Under the pieces are notes generated by a model. The model was not told the DNA's origin. It did no database searches and was given only the letters and a program-made list of their open reading frames with translations. Positions 39,382 through 54,835 of a DNA stretch of 64,000 bases are shown one piece after another. Source of the DNA: Thalassobaculaceae bacterium (GTDB taxonomy: Bacteria; Pseudomonadota; Alphaproteobacteria; Thalassobaculales; Thalassobaculaceae); the NCBI GenBank assembly GCA_965228875.1, contig OZ245843.1, positions 3,826,616-3,890,615 of the forward strand. The letters run 5' to 3'. Numbering within the stretch: the first letter of the stretch is position 1; the number at the start of each line of letters is the position of its first letter. The position numbers and the translations under genes were made by a program.

Positions 39382-40272
39382 ATGGCGGGGGCGCTGACCG
39401 GGACTCCGACCGGGGCGACGTCGATGCGCAGGTTGAAGCCCGTCCATGTCGACGAGGCCGAAGAGCGGCGTCTCCTGGATCTCGGCGACGGGCTGATCCG
39501 GTCCGAGACCCGGGCGATCGTCCGCCTGACCGCCTACGTCCTGCTCACCCTGGCGCTGGCGCCGGTGCAGCTGGTCGCGCTCGCCCTGCGATTGCGGCTG
39601 GCCGAGCGGCTGCCGCGGATCTACCACCGTCTGTGCGCGCGCGTTCTCGACATCCGGATCGTCGTGCGCGGCCGCCGGGTGCGGGAGCGGCCCGTGCTGT
39701 TCGTCGCCAACCATGTCTCCTACCTGGACATCACCGCCCTCGGCGCGGTGGTGACCGGCTGCTTCGTCGCCAAGGCCGAGGTCGCGGGCTGGCCGTTCTT
39801 CGGGCTGCTGGCGAAGCTGCAGCGTACGGTGTTCGTGGCCCGCCGGCGGACCGCCGTCGCCCGCCACGGCGACGACATCGCCGAGCGTCTGGACGCCGGC
39901 GACAACCTCATCCTGTTTCCGGAGGGCACCAGCGGCGACGGCACGCGCGTGCTGGCGTTCAAGAGCGGGCTGTTCGCCGTCGCCGAGCGTCGGCCCGGCG
40001 GACGTCCGCTCACGGTCCAGCCGGTGTCGATCGCCTACACCCGGCTGAATGGCGTGCCGCTGGGGCGCGGCCTGCGGCCGTTCTTCGCATGGTACGGCGA
40101 CATGGACCTGGCGCCGCACCTGTGGACGGTCGCCGCCCTCGGCAAGCTGACGGTGGTGATCGAGTTCCATCCGCCGCTGACCGTCGACGAGGCCGGATCG
40201 CGCAAGGCGCTGGCCGGCCGTGCCCGCGAACGGGTGGCAGACGGACTGGCGCGGGCGAATGCCGGCCGCTGA
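39382..40272 (+). CDS. olsA: lysophospholipid / lyso-ornithine lipid acyltransferase (OlsA/PlsC family)
   Basis: NHVSYLD, FVAKAE, FPEGT; adjacent to olsB. Confidence 0.75.
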   Translation: MAGALTGTPTGATSMRRLKPVHVDEAEERRLLDLGDGLIRSETRAIVRLTAYVLLTLALAPVQLVALALRLRLAERLPRIYHRLCARVLDIRIVVRGRRVRERPVLFVANHVSYLDITALGAVVTGCFVAKAEVAGWPFFGLLAKLQRTVFVARRRTAVARHGDDIAERLDAGDNLILFPEGTSGDGTRVLAFKSGLFAVAERRPGGRPLTVQPVSIAYTRLNGVPLGRGLRPFFAWYGDMDLAPHLWTVAALGKLTVVIEFHPPLTVDEAGSRKALAGRARERVADGLARANAGR

Positions 40273-40522
40273 ACCGGGCGCTCAACGGGGCGCCGGCCCG
40301 GGCGACCGTCGGGTCACGCGACTGTTGCTTGACAGGGACGCGGCGAGCGGTGATTCGTAGTCTTCGCAGGCGCGCGGACACGGTGGGACCCACCCGGCGC
40401 GGTCAAACAGCGGGAGCTGGCCCGATCTTGGTGAAGTCGTCGATCCGGTGCCGGCCCGCGACGGGGCGCGGGATGCCGCGGCCCCCGATCCTTGGGCAGC
40501 GGCATTGAGCAAGACATCCCCC

Positions 40523-41925
40523 TTGAGCAAGAAACTCCACGTCAAGACCTACGGCTGCCAGATGAACGTCTATGACTCCGCCCGGATGGCGGATGTCATG
40601 GCGCCGCACGGCTACGCCTCCAGCGATCAGGTGGACGGCGCCGATCTGGTGATTCTGAACACCTGCCACATCCGCGAGAAGGCCACGGAAAAGGTCTACT
40701 CCGAGCTCGGCCGGTTGCGCCTGCTGAAGGAGGAGGCGGCCCGCGAGGGCCGGCGGATGCTGATCGCGGTGGCCGGCTGCGTCGCCCAGGCGGAAGGCGA
40801 GGAGATCGTGCGCCGGGCGCCGGTGGTCGACATGGTGTTCGGGCCGCAGACCTACCACCGGCTGCCGGAACTGGTGACCCGGGCCATGGGTCACGGAGAA
40901 GGTCGTGGGGCCGGCGTCGTCGATACCGAGTTTCCGGCCGAGGACAAGTTCGACCACCTTCCGGAGGAGAGTCAGGGGCAGGGCCCGGCCGCCTTCCTGT
41001 CGGTGCAGGAGGGATGCGACAAGTTCTGCACCTTCTGCGTCGTGCCCTATACCCGCGGCGCCGAGTTCTCGCGCCCGGCCGCCGCCGTTCTCGACGAGGC
41101 GCGCCGGCTGGTGGCCGCGGGCACCGTCGAGATCACCCTGCTCGGCCAGAACGTGAACGCCTATCACGGCGCCGGACCGGATGGCCGCGACTGGGGTCTC
41201 GGCCGGCTGATCCGAAGCCTGGCGGAGATCGACGGCCTGGCCCGCATCCGCTACACGACCTCGCATCCGCGCGACATGGACGACGACCTGATCGCCGCCC
41301 ATGGCGAGGTGCCGGCGCTGATGCCGTATCTGCACCTGCCGGTGCAGTCGGGCTCCGACCGGGTTCTCGACACGATGAACCGGGGGCATACCGCCGCCGA
41401 CTACTACCGCATCGTCGACCGGCTGCGCGCCGCCCGCCCGGATCTGGCGCTCAGCTCCGATTTCATCGTCGGCTTCCCCGGCGAGAGCGACCGCGACTTC
41501 GCCGATACGCTCAAGCTGGTGCGCGAGGTCGGCTACGCGCAGGCCTATTCCTTCAAGTACAGCGCCCGGCCCGGCACCCCCGCGGCCTCGGTCGCCGACC
41601 ATGTCACGGAGGCGGCGAAGGCCGACCGGCTCGAGGCGCTGCAGCAGCTGCTCAACGCCCAGCAGCGGGCCTTCAACGAGGCGGCCGCCGGGACCGTGCA
41701 GCCGGTCCTGTTCGAGCGCCGAGGCTCGCGAGAGGGTCAGCTCGTCGGCCGCGGGCCCTGGATGCAGTCGGTTCACGCGGTCGCGCCGGACCGCCTTCTC
41801 GGATCCCTGGTCGACGTCGCGATCGATCTCGGTGGTGCCAACTCTCTCTCGGGTCGGGTCGTCACGGTTGACGCCGACACCCTGTCGCCTTCCTCCCAGC
41901 CTCCTCCTGTCGAAAGGGTTTCTGC

Positions 41926-41929
<4 letters not shown>
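40523..41929 (+). CDS. miaB: tRNA methylthiotransferase MiaB
   Basis: [25 protein letters not shown] radical SAM motif, TRAM domain; TTG start approximate. Confidence 0.96.
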
Positions 41930-42941
<1,012 letters not shown>

Positions 42942-42945
<4 letters not shown>

Positions 42946-43504
42946 CCGACGAAGATTGTTCTGCCGAGGACGACAGTTGTCCTCGATCTAGCACCCGGCC
43001 TGCCGGCACCCGCCGGTCGGTCGAGCTCGATATCTCCATCACGGCCCCCGCCTGGGGCGACTCCGTAGACGGCATCGCTGCGCGCGCCGAGCGCGCGGTC
43101 GAGGCGACGCTGGAACGGGCGGGCGTCGTCGGCACGGTCGAGCTGTCGGTTCTGCTGACGGACGACGCGGCGCAGCGGATCCTCAATCGCGATCATCGGG
43201 GCAGGGATTCCGCCACCAACGTCCTGTCCTTTCCGGCCGGATTCGTGCCGCCGATGGGCCCGAGACCGCTCGGCGACATCTCCCTCGCGCTCGAGACCGT
43301 GATCCGGGAGGCGGCGGAGCAGGACAAGAGCGCGGCTGACCATTTCACCCACCTTCTGGTGCACGGCACCCTGCACCTGCTCGGCTACGACCATATCGAC
43401 GACGGCGAGGGCGAGGAGATGGAGGCGCTGGAGCGCGAGATCCTGGCGGGCCTCGGCATCGCCGATCCCTACGCCGGCGAGAGCGTCCCCGAAGGACGGG
43501 TGGC

Positions 43505-43508
<4 letters not shown>
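42942..43508 (+). CDS. ybeY: rRNA maturation RNase YbeY
   Basis: TNVLSFP, LGDI, HGTLHLLGYDH. Confidence 0.93.
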
Positions 43509-44429
<921 letters not shown>

Positions 44430-44443
<14 letters not shown>

Positions 44444-46031
44444 GATGCGGCCGCGCTGGCTGCCCGCCGCGGCCGCCCTGGCCGCCGGGGGCGCGACCGC
44501 GCTCTCCCTCTCGCCGCTGCATCTGCTGCCCCTGGCCTTCGGCCATGCGGTTCTGCTGGCGCTGGTCGCCGGTGCCGCCGACACGCGCAGGGCGGCGGCA
44601 CGCGCCTGGATGTGGGCGCTCGGCTACCACGTCGTCGGCCTGCACTGGATCGCCAACGCGATGCTGGTCAACGCCGGCGAGCATGCCTGGCTGATCCCCT
44701 TCGCCAATCTCGGCCTGCCCGCCTTTCTGGCGCTGTTCGCGGCGGGCGCGGCGGCGTTGGCACGCCGGCTGTTCGTCGGCGGTTGGCCGCTCTGGCTCGG
44801 TTTCTCGGCGCTCTATGCCGGGGTCGAGTGGCTGCGCGGCAACGTGTTGACCGGGTTTCCGTGGAACCTGCCCTCGGCCACGGTGGATGGCTGGACGGTC
44901 TTGCTGCAGCCGGCGGCCCTGGTCGGCGCCTACGGCCTGAGCCTTCTGGTGCTGCTGGTGACGACGGCACCCGCCCTGTGGCTGGATGCCGCCGTTTCCC
45001 GGCGTGCCCGCATCGTCGGATCCGCCACCGCCGTGGCGCTGCTGGCGGCGGTCGCCGGCTGGGGCACGGCGCGGATGAACGCGATCCCCCCGATCGACGC
45101 GCCCGGTGGATCGGTGGACGGCGTGGTGGTACGGGTCGTTCAGGGCAACGTGCCGCAGCGGGACAAGTGGAACCCGTTGCTCAGGCCGGAACATCTGCAG
45201 CGGTACCTCTCCCTGAGCGATGCCGGCCGTCCGGCCGATCTCCGCGCGCCGGGACTGGCGCCCGAGAGTCTGCCGACCGTCACCGTCTGGCCGGAGACCG
45301 CCGTCGCCCAACTTGTCGGCGACGGCTCCGAGGCCCTTGCGGTCCTGGCCGACGCGGCGCCGATTGGCGGCACGCTGGTGTTCGGCGCCCCCCGCGTGGC
45401 GCGGATCGGCCCGCTGATCTCGATCTACAACAGCGTGTTCGCGCTGAGCCGGGACCCGAGACCTGACGCCCGGACGCTCTGGCACTTCGACAAGGCGCAC
45501 CTTGTGCCGTTCGGCGAATACGTGCCGCTGCGCAGCGTAATCCCGCTCAATCCGATCGTGGCGGCCCGACGCGACTTCACCGCCGGACCGGGTCCGCGGA
45601 CCCTGTCGCTGGACGGCGCGCCGCCGGTCTCGGTGCTGATCTGCTACGAGGCGATCTTTCCGGGCGGGGCGGTCGATCCGGCGGCCCGTCCCGGCTGGCT
45701 GCTGAACGCGACCAACGACGCCTGGTTCGGCCGCTGGAGCGGCCCGCACCAGCACCTCGCCATCGCCCGGCTGCGGGCGGTCGAGCAGGGGCTGCCGATG
45801 GTCCGCGCGGCCAATACCGGGATCTCGAGCGTGATCGATTCCGCGGGGCGAATCGTGGCACGACTTGACATCGGACACACCGGCAGCCTGGACAGTCCGC
45901 TGCCCGCGGCGACCGCACCGACGCTTTTCGAGGCTAAAGGCGATGTTCCTTTCAGCCTCATGGTCGTATTGTTAACCATCTTTGCAGCATACGGGCGATT
46001 TCGTGCCGGTCGAAGAAGTCCCGGGAATTGA
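44430..46031 (+). CDS. lnt: apolipoprotein N-acyltransferase
   Basis: GFPWN, QGNV, WPE, KAHLVPFGEY, ICYE, NDAWF, RAANTGIS. Confidence 0.94.
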
Positions 46032-46130
46032 TTGGAATTAAATCGGTTTGCTCGCTCGATATCGTTGACTGAGTACAATTGTATGGTCTAATAGTCGGGA
46101 GTTATTTGGTTAACGAATACCGAGGTTCGA

Positions 46131-46583
46131 ATGGCGATCGACCGCCCAGGGCGCCGTCGGGTCGGCCGTCCGCCAACGGCCAGTAATCCCAATCCAATCG
46201 ATGTGCATGTCGGTGCGCGTGTCCGGCTCAGACGGACCTTGCTCGGCATGAGCCAGGAACGTCTGGGGGACGCCCTCGGCCTGACCTTCCAGCAGGTTCA
46301 GAAGTACGAGCGCGGTGCCAACCGCGTCGGCGCCAGCCGGCTGTTCGAGCTGGCCAAGGCGCTGAACGTGCCGGTCTCCTATTTCTTCGACGATCTTCCC
46401 GACGAGGAAGAGGCCGCTCCCGCCTCTGCGGGCGCGGTGTCGATGGACGAGGACCCGATGCGGCGCCGCGAGACCGTGGAACTGGTTCGCGCCTACTATC
46501 GGATCACCGATGATTCGGCCCGCCGGAAGCTCTACGAGCTGATGCGGTCGATCGCCGGCGCGATGGACGGCGACAAGCCCTGA
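46131..46583 (+). CDS. XRE-family HTH regulator
   Basis: MSQERLG..LGLTFQQVQKYERGANR. Confidence 0.9.
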   Translation: MAIDRPGRRRVGRPPTASNPNPIDVHVGARVRLRRTLLGMSQERLGDALGLTFQQVQKYERGANRVGASRLFELAKALNVPVSYFFDDLPDEEEAAPASAGAVSMDEDPMRRRETVELVRAYYRITDDSARRKLYELMRSIAGAMDGDKP

Positions 46584-46756
46584 AGCGACGCGCGTCCGTC
46601 CGCCGGTCGGACATGAGGCCCGGGTATCGGCTTTCCCCTTGACCCGGACGGGCTTTCGCGCAAAAACGCCGGCCCGGTATCCGCTATCGTGCGCCGTCTC
46701 CTGCGACGGTCGCCAGGCGTTGTATCCCTCGACAGACGAGTTTTCCGGAGGCCCCG

Positions 46757-47923
<1,167 letters not shown>

Positions 47924-47995
47924 CCGTCGGGCTCCGAGCGATGGCGGCCAGGCCCGACCGGGCGGCCGCCAAACCATCTGGATCACAGCGAACCG

Positions 47996-48694
47996 ATGTC
48001 GGATCACGGTGACGAGCGGCTGTTCTTCGGCCGGCGCAAGGGTCGGCCGTTGCGCGCCAGCATGCAGCGGCGGCTGGACGAGGACCTGCCGGGCCTGCGG
48101 GTGCCGCTCGACCGGACCGCCGAAGGCGGCGTCGATCCGCGGACCTGGTTCCCGCGCTCTCCCCGTGCCGTCTGGCTGGAGATCGGTTTCGGCGGCGGCG
48201 AGCATCTCGCGTGGCAGGCCCGGCACAATCCCGACATCTGCGTCGTCGGCTGCGAGCCGTTCGTCAATGGCGTCGCCTCGCTTCTGCGGCACCTCGACGC
48301 GGTCGAGGGCGACCGGGTGCGGGTTCATCCGGACGACGCCCGCGACGTGCTGGATGTCCTCGAGCCGGAGACCGTGGAGCGGATCTTCGTCCTGCACGCC
48401 GACCCCTGGCCGAAGCGTCGCCACCACCACCGCCGCATCGTCCAGCACGAGACGATCGCGCGGTTCCACGAGCTGCTGACGCCGGGCGGCATCCTGCGGC
48501 TGGCGACGGACGATCCCGGCTATCTGACCTGGATCCTGGCCCGCGTCACCGCGCATCCCGGGCTGCGCTGGACCGGGACGGCGATCGCCGATTTCGCCGA
48601 CCGCCGCGACGACTGGCCGGAAACCCGCTACGAAGCCAAGGCCCGGCGCGAGGGGCGGAGCCCGGTCTACATGGAGTTCCGCAAGGCCGGTTGA
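47996..48694 (+). CDS. trmB: tRNA (guanine-N7) methyltransferase
   Basis: LEIGFGGGE, DPWPKRRH, ATDD, TRYE. Confidence 0.93.
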   Translation: MSDHGDERLFFGRRKGRPLRASMQRRLDEDLPGLRVPLDRTAEGGVDPRTWFPRSPRAVWLEIGFGGGEHLAWQARHNPDICVVGCEPFVNGVASLLRHLDAVEGDRVRVHPDDARDVLDVLEPETVERIFVLHADPWPKRRHHHRRIVQHETIARFHELLTPGGILRLATDDPGYLTWILARVTAHPGLRWTGTAIADFADRRDDWPETRYEAKARREGRSPVYMEFRKAG

Positions 48695-48772
48695 GCGGCC
48701 GGCGCACGCCGGACTTGCTCTCGGGGCCGGGTTGCGATATATCACCGGCTCTTCAATCGGGTTTCGATCGGG

Positions 48773-48797
48773 GGTGGGCCAGCGGCCCACTTTTTTG
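48773..48797 (+). promoter_or_regulatory. rimP leader hairpin / attenuator-like terminator
   Basis: GTGGGCC-AGC-GGCCCAC-TTTTTT between a candidate promoter (TTGCTC-17-TATATC) and rimP. Confidence 0.65.
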
Positions 48798-48847
48798 TTG
48801 GTGCGCACCGTCGATCGCAGCCCGGCGGATTCGGGTGAGGACAGGGA

Positions 48848-49393
48848 TTGGACGCACACATCCGGCGCATCGCGGGCATCGTGACACCATCGATCGAGGC
48901 CATGGGTTTCGAGGTCGTGCGGGTGATGATGACCGGCGGCCGGCGGCCGACCCTGCAGATCATGGCCGACCGCGGCGACGGATCGATGATCTCGGTCGAC
49001 GACTGTGCCGAGATCAGCCGCACGGTGTCGGCGGTGCTGGATGTCGAGGACCCGATCGCGGGAGAGTACACCCTGGAGGTGTCGTCGCCCGGGATCGACC
49101 GGCCGCTGACCCGGCTGAAGGATTTCGAACGGTGGGCCGGGTTCGACGCCAGGATCGACACGGCCGTCCCGGTCGACGGCCGCAAGCGGTTCAGCGGCCG
49201 CCTGAAGGGGGTCGCGGACGGCGAACGGGTGCTGATCGGGGTCGAGGACGGGACGACGGCCGAAGTGGCGTTCGATGGAATTTCGCGGGCCAAGCTGGTG
49301 CTGACCGACGCCCTGCTCGAAGCCAGCCGCCCTGCCGGGATGGATCCGGCGGGCACGGAACCGGACGACGCGACGGACGGGAACCGGGGTTAA
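48848..49393 (+). CDS. rimP: ribosome maturation factor RimP
   Basis: [21 protein letters not shown]. Confidence 0.94.
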   Translation: MDAHIRRIAGIVTPSIEAMGFEVVRVMMTGGRRPTLQIMADRGDGSMISVDDCAEISRTVSAVLDVEDPIAGEYTLEVSSPGIDRPLTRLKDFERWAGFDARIDTAVPVDGRKRFSGRLKGVADGERVLIGVEDGTTAEVAFDGISRAKLVLTDALLEASRPAGMDPAGTEPDDATDGNRG

Positions 49394-49446
49394 GGGAGTA
49401 ACCGGGGCGGGCGCGCCCGCCGGGTTGAAAGAGGACAAGCAAGCCG

Positions 49447-51027
49447 ATGGACATCGCCACGACACCGAAGCTGGAGCTGATCCAGGTCGCCGATGTGGTC
49501 GCCCGCGACAAGGGGATCGACCGCGAGGAAGTGCTGATCGCCATGGAGCAGGCGATCCAGAAGGCCGGGCGGTCGAAATACGGTCCGGACCACGACATCC
49601 GCGCCCATATCGACCGGCGCAACGGCGACATCAGCCTGAAGCGCTGCACCACGGTGGTCGAGGAGATCGAGGACGAGTTCGCCGAGATCACGCTGGAGCA
49701 GGCGCAGAAGATCGACGCGGCGCTGGAACTCGGGTCGGTGATCGAGGAGCCGCTGCCGCCGATCGATTTCGGCCGCATCGCCGCCCAGACCGCCAAGCAG
49801 GTCATCGTCCAGAAGGTCCGCGAGTTCGAGCGCAAGCGCCAGTACGAGGAGTACGAGGGCCGCTCCGGCGAGATCATCAACGGCGTGGTCAAGCGCGTCG
49901 AGTACGGCAATGTGACCGTGGAAATTCCGCGCGCCGAGGCCGTGCTGCGCCGCGACCGGCTGCTGCCGCGCGAGACGTTCCGCCAGGGCGACCGCATTCG
50001 CGCCTATATCGAGGACGTGCGCGAGGAGCAGCGCGGCCCGCAGATCTTCCTTTCGCGGACCCACCCGGAGTTCATGCGTCAGCTGTTCCGCCAGGAGGTG
50101 CCGGAGGTCTATGACGGCATCATCGAGATCAAGGCCGTTGCCCGCGATCCGGGCTCGCGTGCGAAGATCGCGGTGATCTCCTACGACAGCTCGATCGACC
50201 CCGTCGGCGCCTGCGTCGGCATGCGCGGCTCGCGCGTCCAGGCCGTCGTCGGCGAGCTTCAGGGCGAGAAGATCGACATCATCCCGTGGTCGGAGGATCC
50301 GGCGACCTTCGTGGTGAACGCCCTGGCCCCGGCCGAGGTGTCCAAGGTCGTTCTCGACGAGGATCAGGGCCGCATCGAGGTCGTGGTGCCGGACGAGCAG
50401 CTGTCGCTCGCCATTGGACGGCGCGGCCAGAACGTGCGCCTGGCCTCCATGCTGACCGGCTGGGACATCGACATCCTGACCGAGCAGGAGGAGTCGGACC
50501 GCCGGCGCGAGGAGTTCCGCCAGCGCTCCGAGGCCTTCATCGAGGCGCTCGACATCGACGACGTCATCGCCGGCCTGCTGGTCGCCGAGGGCTTCGCGTC
50601 GGTCGAGGAGATCGCGTTCACCGACATCGACGACCTGGCCGAGATCGAGGGTTTCGACGCCGACATCGCCGAAGAGCTGCGCACGCGCGCGTTCAATTTC
50701 GTCGAGGCCGAGCGCGAGCGTCACGACTCCCGACGCCGCGAACTGGGCGTCACCGACGACCTGGCCGAGATGGAGGTGTTCACCGCCGCCATGCTGGTCA
50801 CCCTGGGCGAGAACGGCGTGAAGACGATGGACGATCTCGGGGACCTCGCCAGCGACGAGCTGCGCGAGATTCTGCCCGACGCCGGCTTCGACGAGGACGC
50901 CGCCAACCAGATCATCATGGCCGCCCGTGCCCATTGGTTCGACGACGAGGACGCCTCGGAAGGGGCGGAGGCGAATGTCGGACTGGACGCGGAGGCCGAG
51001 GAGAGCGATCCTGAGCAGACGGCATGA
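49447..51027 (+). CDS. nusA: transcription termination factor NusA
   Basis: [37 protein letters not shown]. Confidence 0.97.
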   Translation: MDIATTPKLELIQVADVVARDKGIDREEVLIAMEQAIQKAGRSKYGPDHDIRAHIDRRNGDISLKRCTTVVEEIEDEFAEITLEQAQKIDAALELGSVIEEPLPPIDFGRIAAQTAKQVIVQKVREFERKRQYEEYEGRSGEIINGVVKRVEYGNVTVEIPRAEAVLRRDRLLPRETFRQGDRIRAYIEDVREEQRGPQIFLSRTHPEFMRQLFRQEVPEVYDGIIEIKAVARDPGSRAKIAVISYDSSIDPVGACVGMRGSRVQAVVGELQGEKIDIIPWSEDPATFVVNALAPAEVSKVVLDEDQGRIEVVVPDEQLSLAIGRRGQNVRLASMLTGWDIDILTEQEESDRRREEFRQRSEAFIEALDIDDVIAGLLVAEGFASVEEIAFTDIDDLAEIEGFDADIAEELRTRAFNFVEAERERHDSRRRELGVTDDLAEMEVFTAAMLVTLGENGVKTMDDLGDLASDELREILPDAGFDEDAANQIIMAARAHWFDDEDASEGAEANVGLDAEAEESDPEQTA

Positions 51028-51688
51028 ACCGACAGACCGGGAGGAGGACGGCGAACGCCGCTGTCTGGTCACCCGCGAGGTTCAGCCCCGCGGCGGACTG
51101 ATCCGCTTCGTCGTCGGCCCGGACGGTTCCATCGTCCCCGACGTCGACGAGCGGCTCCCCGGCCGCGGGCTCTGGGTTTCCGCCGATCGGACCGCGCTCG
51201 ATCAAGCGGTGGCCAAGCGACTGTTCGCCCGCGCTGCCAAACGGTCGGTGACGGTGGATCCGGAGTTGACGGAACGGGTCGAGGCGTTGCTCGCCAGGCG
51301 GTGCGTCGAGACCCTGTCGCTGGCGCGGCGCGCCGGCGGTGCGGTGGTCGGCCAGACCAAGGTGCGTCAGGCGCTGGAGGCGGGCCGCCGTGGGGTGCTG
51401 GTCGAGGCTGCCGACGGCGCCGAGGACGGGCGGGCCCGGCTGCGGGCCCTGGCGGCGACGCGGCCGGTGGTCGCGAGCCTGGTGGCGGCGGAGATCGCCG
51501 AGGCGTTCGGACGCGATCACGCGGTCCACGCCTTCGTGGACTCCGCAGGGCCGCGGACCGGTCTTGCTGACCGATTGTTGCGCGAGGCGGCGCGACTGGA
51601 AGGATTGCGGTCGGAAAAGGCCGCAAGGGATGAGGGCCCCGGCTTGGAAAACCGCGCCGGGACGTGTATTCAGGGCGCCACGCAGTGA
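50975..51688 (+). CDS. YlxR/DUF448 plus L7Ae-like RNA-binding protein
   Basis: RRCLVT, LIRFV, PGRGLW; located between nusA and infB; start uncertain. Confidence 0.85.
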   Translation: MSDWTRRPRRAILSRRHEPTDREEDGERRCLVTREVQPRGGLIRFVVGPDGSIVPDVDERLPGRGLWVSADRTALDQAVAKRLFARAAKRSVTVDPELTERVEALLARRCVETLSLARRAGGAVVGQTKVRQALEAGRRGVLVEAADGAEDGRARLRALAATRPVVASLVAAEIAEAFGRDHAVHAFVDSAGPRTGLADRLLREAARLEGLRSEKAARDEGPGLENRAGTCIQGATQ

Positions 51689-51730
51689 TGGCCTGCCCGT
51701 TGACGGATGGATGACGTGGGCAAAGACGAT

Positions 51731-54364
51731 ATGTCGAGCACCAACGAACAAGATCGCAAGAAGCTGAGCCTTGGCTCCGGCCGGGGCAAGCTGTCGCTCG
51801 GTAAGTCGGTGGAGACCGGGCAGGTCAAGCAGAGCTTCTCCCATGGCCGCTCCAAGACCGTGCAGGTCGAGGTGCGCCGCCGGCGGGCGACGACACCGGT
51901 ACCCGGATCGCGCGAGGCGGCGATCGCCGCGGCCAAGGCCGGTGGCGGCAAGGGCGGGCGCGAGCTGACGGCCGAGGAGCGTGAGGCCCGGGCCCGGGTC
52001 CTGCAGGAGGCGGCCAAGCGTCCCGACAAGCCGGAGGAGGCGGCGACCGCGCCGGCCGTCCAGGCGAAGGCGCCCGAGGGTGGCGAGGGTCAGGCCGTCG
52101 CAACGCCCGCGGCTGAGGCCGCGCCGGAGCCGCCGGTGGAGATCGACCGCCGTCAGGCCGAGCTGAACGAGCTGCGCAAGATCGAAGAGAGCGAGGCGGC
52201 GGTCAAGGCGGCCGAGGCCCAGCGTCTCGCCGAAGAGGAGGCCGCCCGTCAGGCGAAGGCCGCGGCGGAGCGCGCGTCCGCGCGTCTCGACCGGGAGTCG
52301 ACGGCGGCGACCCCGGCGGCGGCAGCAGCCGCACCGGCCGCGCGGCCGGAGTCCGAAGAGGACGACCGGCGCAAGCGCGGCGGTGGAGGCAAGGAGGCGC
52401 CGAAGCGTCCGGCCCGCACCCGCGGTGCGAGCGAGCCGCGCCGGCGCCAGGGCAAGCTGACGATCAGCGACGCGCTCAGCGGCGATAGCGGCCGCGTGCG
52501 GTCGCTCGCCTCGGTGCGCCGGGCCCGCGAGCGGGAGCGGCAGCGCTCCCGGAGCGATCAGGGCGATGGCGTCAAGCAGTCGCGCGACGTGGTCGTGCCC
52601 GAGACCATCACCGTCCAGGAACTGGCCAACCGCATGGCCGAGCGTGGCGGCGAGGTCATCAAGTCGCTGATGAAGATGGGCGTGATGGCGACCATCAACC
52701 AGATCATCGACGCCGACACCGCCGAACTCGTGGCACAGGAATTCGGCCACAAGGTGCGCCGCGTCGCGGAGTCCGATGTGGAACTCGGCATGGGCGGCGA
52801 GGATGACAAGGACGAGGATCTGCGGTCGCGTCCGCCGGTCGTCACCGTCATGGGCCATGTCGACCACGGCAAGACTTCGCTGCTGGACGCGATCCGTCAG
52901 GCCGACGTCGCCTCGGGCGAGGCCGGCGGCATCACCCAGCATATCGGCGCCTACCAGATCGAGGTGCCGTCGGGCGAGAAGATCACCTTCATCGATACGC
53001 CGGGCCACGAGGCCTTCACCGAGATGCGGGCACGCGGCGCCAACGTCACGGACATCGTCATCCTGGTGGTGGCGGCCGATGACGGCATCATGGCGCAGAC
53101 CGTCGAGGCCATTCGCCATGCCCGCGCCGCCGGCGTGCCGGTGATCGTGGCCGTCAACAAGATCGACAAGCCCGACGCCGATCCGCAGCGGGTCCGCACC
53201 GAGCTTCTGCAGCACGAGATCGTGGTCGAGGACATGGGCGGCGACGTCCAGGCGATCGACGTCTCGGCGCTGACCAAGCAGGGGCTCGACAATCTGCTCG
53301 AGTCGATCTCGCTGCAGGCTGAACTGCTGGAGCTCAAGGCCAATCCGGAACGGTCCGCCGCCGGCGTCGTCATCGAGGCCAAGGTCGAGCGCGGCCGCGG
53401 TTCGGTCGCCACCGTCCTCGTGCAGCGCGGTACCCTCAGGGCCGGCGACGTATTCGTCGCGGGCGCGGAATGGGGTCGGGTGCGCGCCCTGGTCAACGAC
53501 CGCGGGGAGCAGGCCGAGACGGCCGGGCCGAGCGAGCCGATCGAGGTGCTGGGCCTGCAGGGCACGCCGACGGCCGGCGACGACTTCGTCGTCGTCGAGA
53601 ACGAGGCGCGGGCCCGCGAGATCGCCGACTACCGCCAGCGGGTGATCCGCGAGAAGAGTGCGACGGCCGGCGCGCGCGGCACGGTCGAGCAGATGCTTTC
53701 GGCGATCAAGTCGGGCGAGGCGCAGGAACTGCCGCTGGTCATCAAGACCGACGTGCACGGTTCCCTGGAGGCGATCCGGGCGACCCTGGAGAAGCTGGAG
53801 ACCGACGTGGTCAAGCCGCGCATCCTGCACGGCGCGGTCGGCGGCATCAGCGAGTCCGACGTGTCCCTGGCGGAGGCGTCCGGCGGCATCATCGTCGGCT
53901 TCAACGTCCGCGCCAACCCGCAGGCCCGCGACATGGCCCGCCGCGACGGCATGGAGATCCGCTACTACTCGATCATCTATGACCTGATCGACGACGTGAA
54001 GGCGCTGCTCACGGGCATGCTGGCGCCGGAGGTCAAGGAGGAGTTCATCGGCTACGCCGAGATCCGCCAGGTCTTCAACATCACCAAGGTCGGCAAGGTC
54101 GCGGGCTGCATGGTCACCGACGGGGTCATCAAGCGTGGCTGCAAGGTCCGCCTGCTGCGCGACAACGTGGTGATCCACGAGGGCACGCTGAAGACCCTGA
54201 AGCGCTTCAAGGACGAGGTCCGCGAGGTGCGGGAAGGCTACGAGTGCGGCATGGCGTTCGAGAACTACGACGACATCCGCGACGGCGACCAGATCGAGTG
54301 CTTCGAGCTCAAGGAAGTTGCCCGGACGCTCGAGCAGGTTCAGCAGGAGGCGTCCGCCGGCTGA
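51731..54364 (+). CDS. infB: translation initiation factor IF-2
   Basis: [26 protein letters not shown]. Confidence 0.98.
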   Translation: MSSTNEQDRKKLSLGSGRGKLSLGKSVETGQVKQSFSHGRSKTVQVEVRRRRATTPVPGSREAAIAAAKAGGGKGGRELTAEEREARARVLQEAAKRPDKPEEAATAPAVQAKAPEGGEGQAVATPAAEAAPEPPVEIDRRQAELNELRKIEESEAAVKAAEAQRLAEEEAARQAKAAAERASARLDRESTAATPAAAAAAPAARPESEEDDRRKRGGGGKEAPKRPARTRGASEPRRRQGKLTISDALSGDSGRVRSLASVRRARERERQRSRSDQGDGVKQSRDVVVPETITVQELANRMAERGGEVIKSLMKMGVMATINQIIDADTAELVAQEFGHKVRRVAESDVELGMGGEDDKDEDLRSRPPVVTVMGHVDHGKTSLLDAIRQADVASGEAGGITQHIGAYQIEVPSGEKITFIDTPGHEAFTEMRARGANVTDIVILVVAADDGIMAQTVEAIRHARAAGVPVIVAVNKIDKPDADPQRVRTELLQHEIVVEDMGGDVQAIDVSALTKQGLDNLLESISLQAELLELKANPERSAAGVVIEAKVERGRGSVATVLVQRGTLRAGDVFVAGAEWGRVRALVNDRGEQAETAGPSEPIEVLGLQGTPTAGDDFVVVENEARAREIADYRQRVIREKSATAGARGTVEQMLSAIKSGEAQELPLVIKTDVHGSLEAIRATLEKLETDVVKPRILHGAVGGISESDVSLAEASGGIIVGFNVRANPQARDMARRDGMEIRYYSIIYDLIDDVKALLTGMLAPEVKEEFIGYAEIRQVFNITKVGKVAGCMVTDGVIKRGCKVRLLRDNVVIHEGTLKTLKRFKDEVREVREGYECGMAFENYDDIRDGDQIECFELKEVARTLEQVQQEASAG

Positions 54365-54397
54365 CGCGGCGGCGCCTCTGCGAACGGGAATACGGTC

Positions 54398-54835
54398 ATG
54401 GCGAAGCGCGACGCGGCCCGCGAGGGCCCGAGCCAACGGCAATTGCGTGTCGGGGAAGAGATCCGGCGCGTTCTCGCACGCGTGTTCGAACGCGGCGAAC
54501 TGCATGAACCGGCCCTCGCCGGCGCCCGGATCACCATCTCCGAGGTCAGCGTCTCGCCGGATCTGCGCAACGCCACCGTCTGGGTGGTTCCGCCGATCGA
54601 CGCCGATATCGCCGATATTCTGACGGTGCTGGGCCGGGTCTCCGGTCGGCTCTCTGGCATCGCCGCGCGTGAGGTGCGCATGAAGTTCGCACCGCGTCTC
54701 ACCTTCAAGCGCGATACCGCCTTCGACGTCTCCCGCAGGATGGACGCCCTCCTCAACGATCCGGTCGTGCGCCGCGACGTCGCCAGCGCCCCCGCCCCCG
54801 CGTCCGACGAGGGGGCGGACGGCGATGGCACGTAG
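54398..54835 (+). CDS. rbfA: ribosome-binding factor A
   Basis: RQLRVGEEIR, SPDLRNA, KFAPRLTF. Confidence 0.94.
   Translation: MAKRDAAREGPSQRQLRVGEEIRRVLARVFERGELHEPALAGARITISEVSVSPDLRNATVWVVPPIDADIADILTVLGRVSGRLSGIAAREVRMKFAPRLTFKRDTAFDVSRRMDALLNDPVVRRDVASAPAPASDEGADGDGT

Noticed and set aside
45960..46130. CtrA-like sites upstream of the XRE regulator
   Set aside because: Only isolated TTAA/TTAACCAT half-sites are present, with no full TTAA-N7-TTAA.
46590..46756. SAM riboswitch upstream of metK
   Set aside because: No SAM-II or SAM-SAH consensus could be recognised by eye; an Infernal/Rfam search would settle it.
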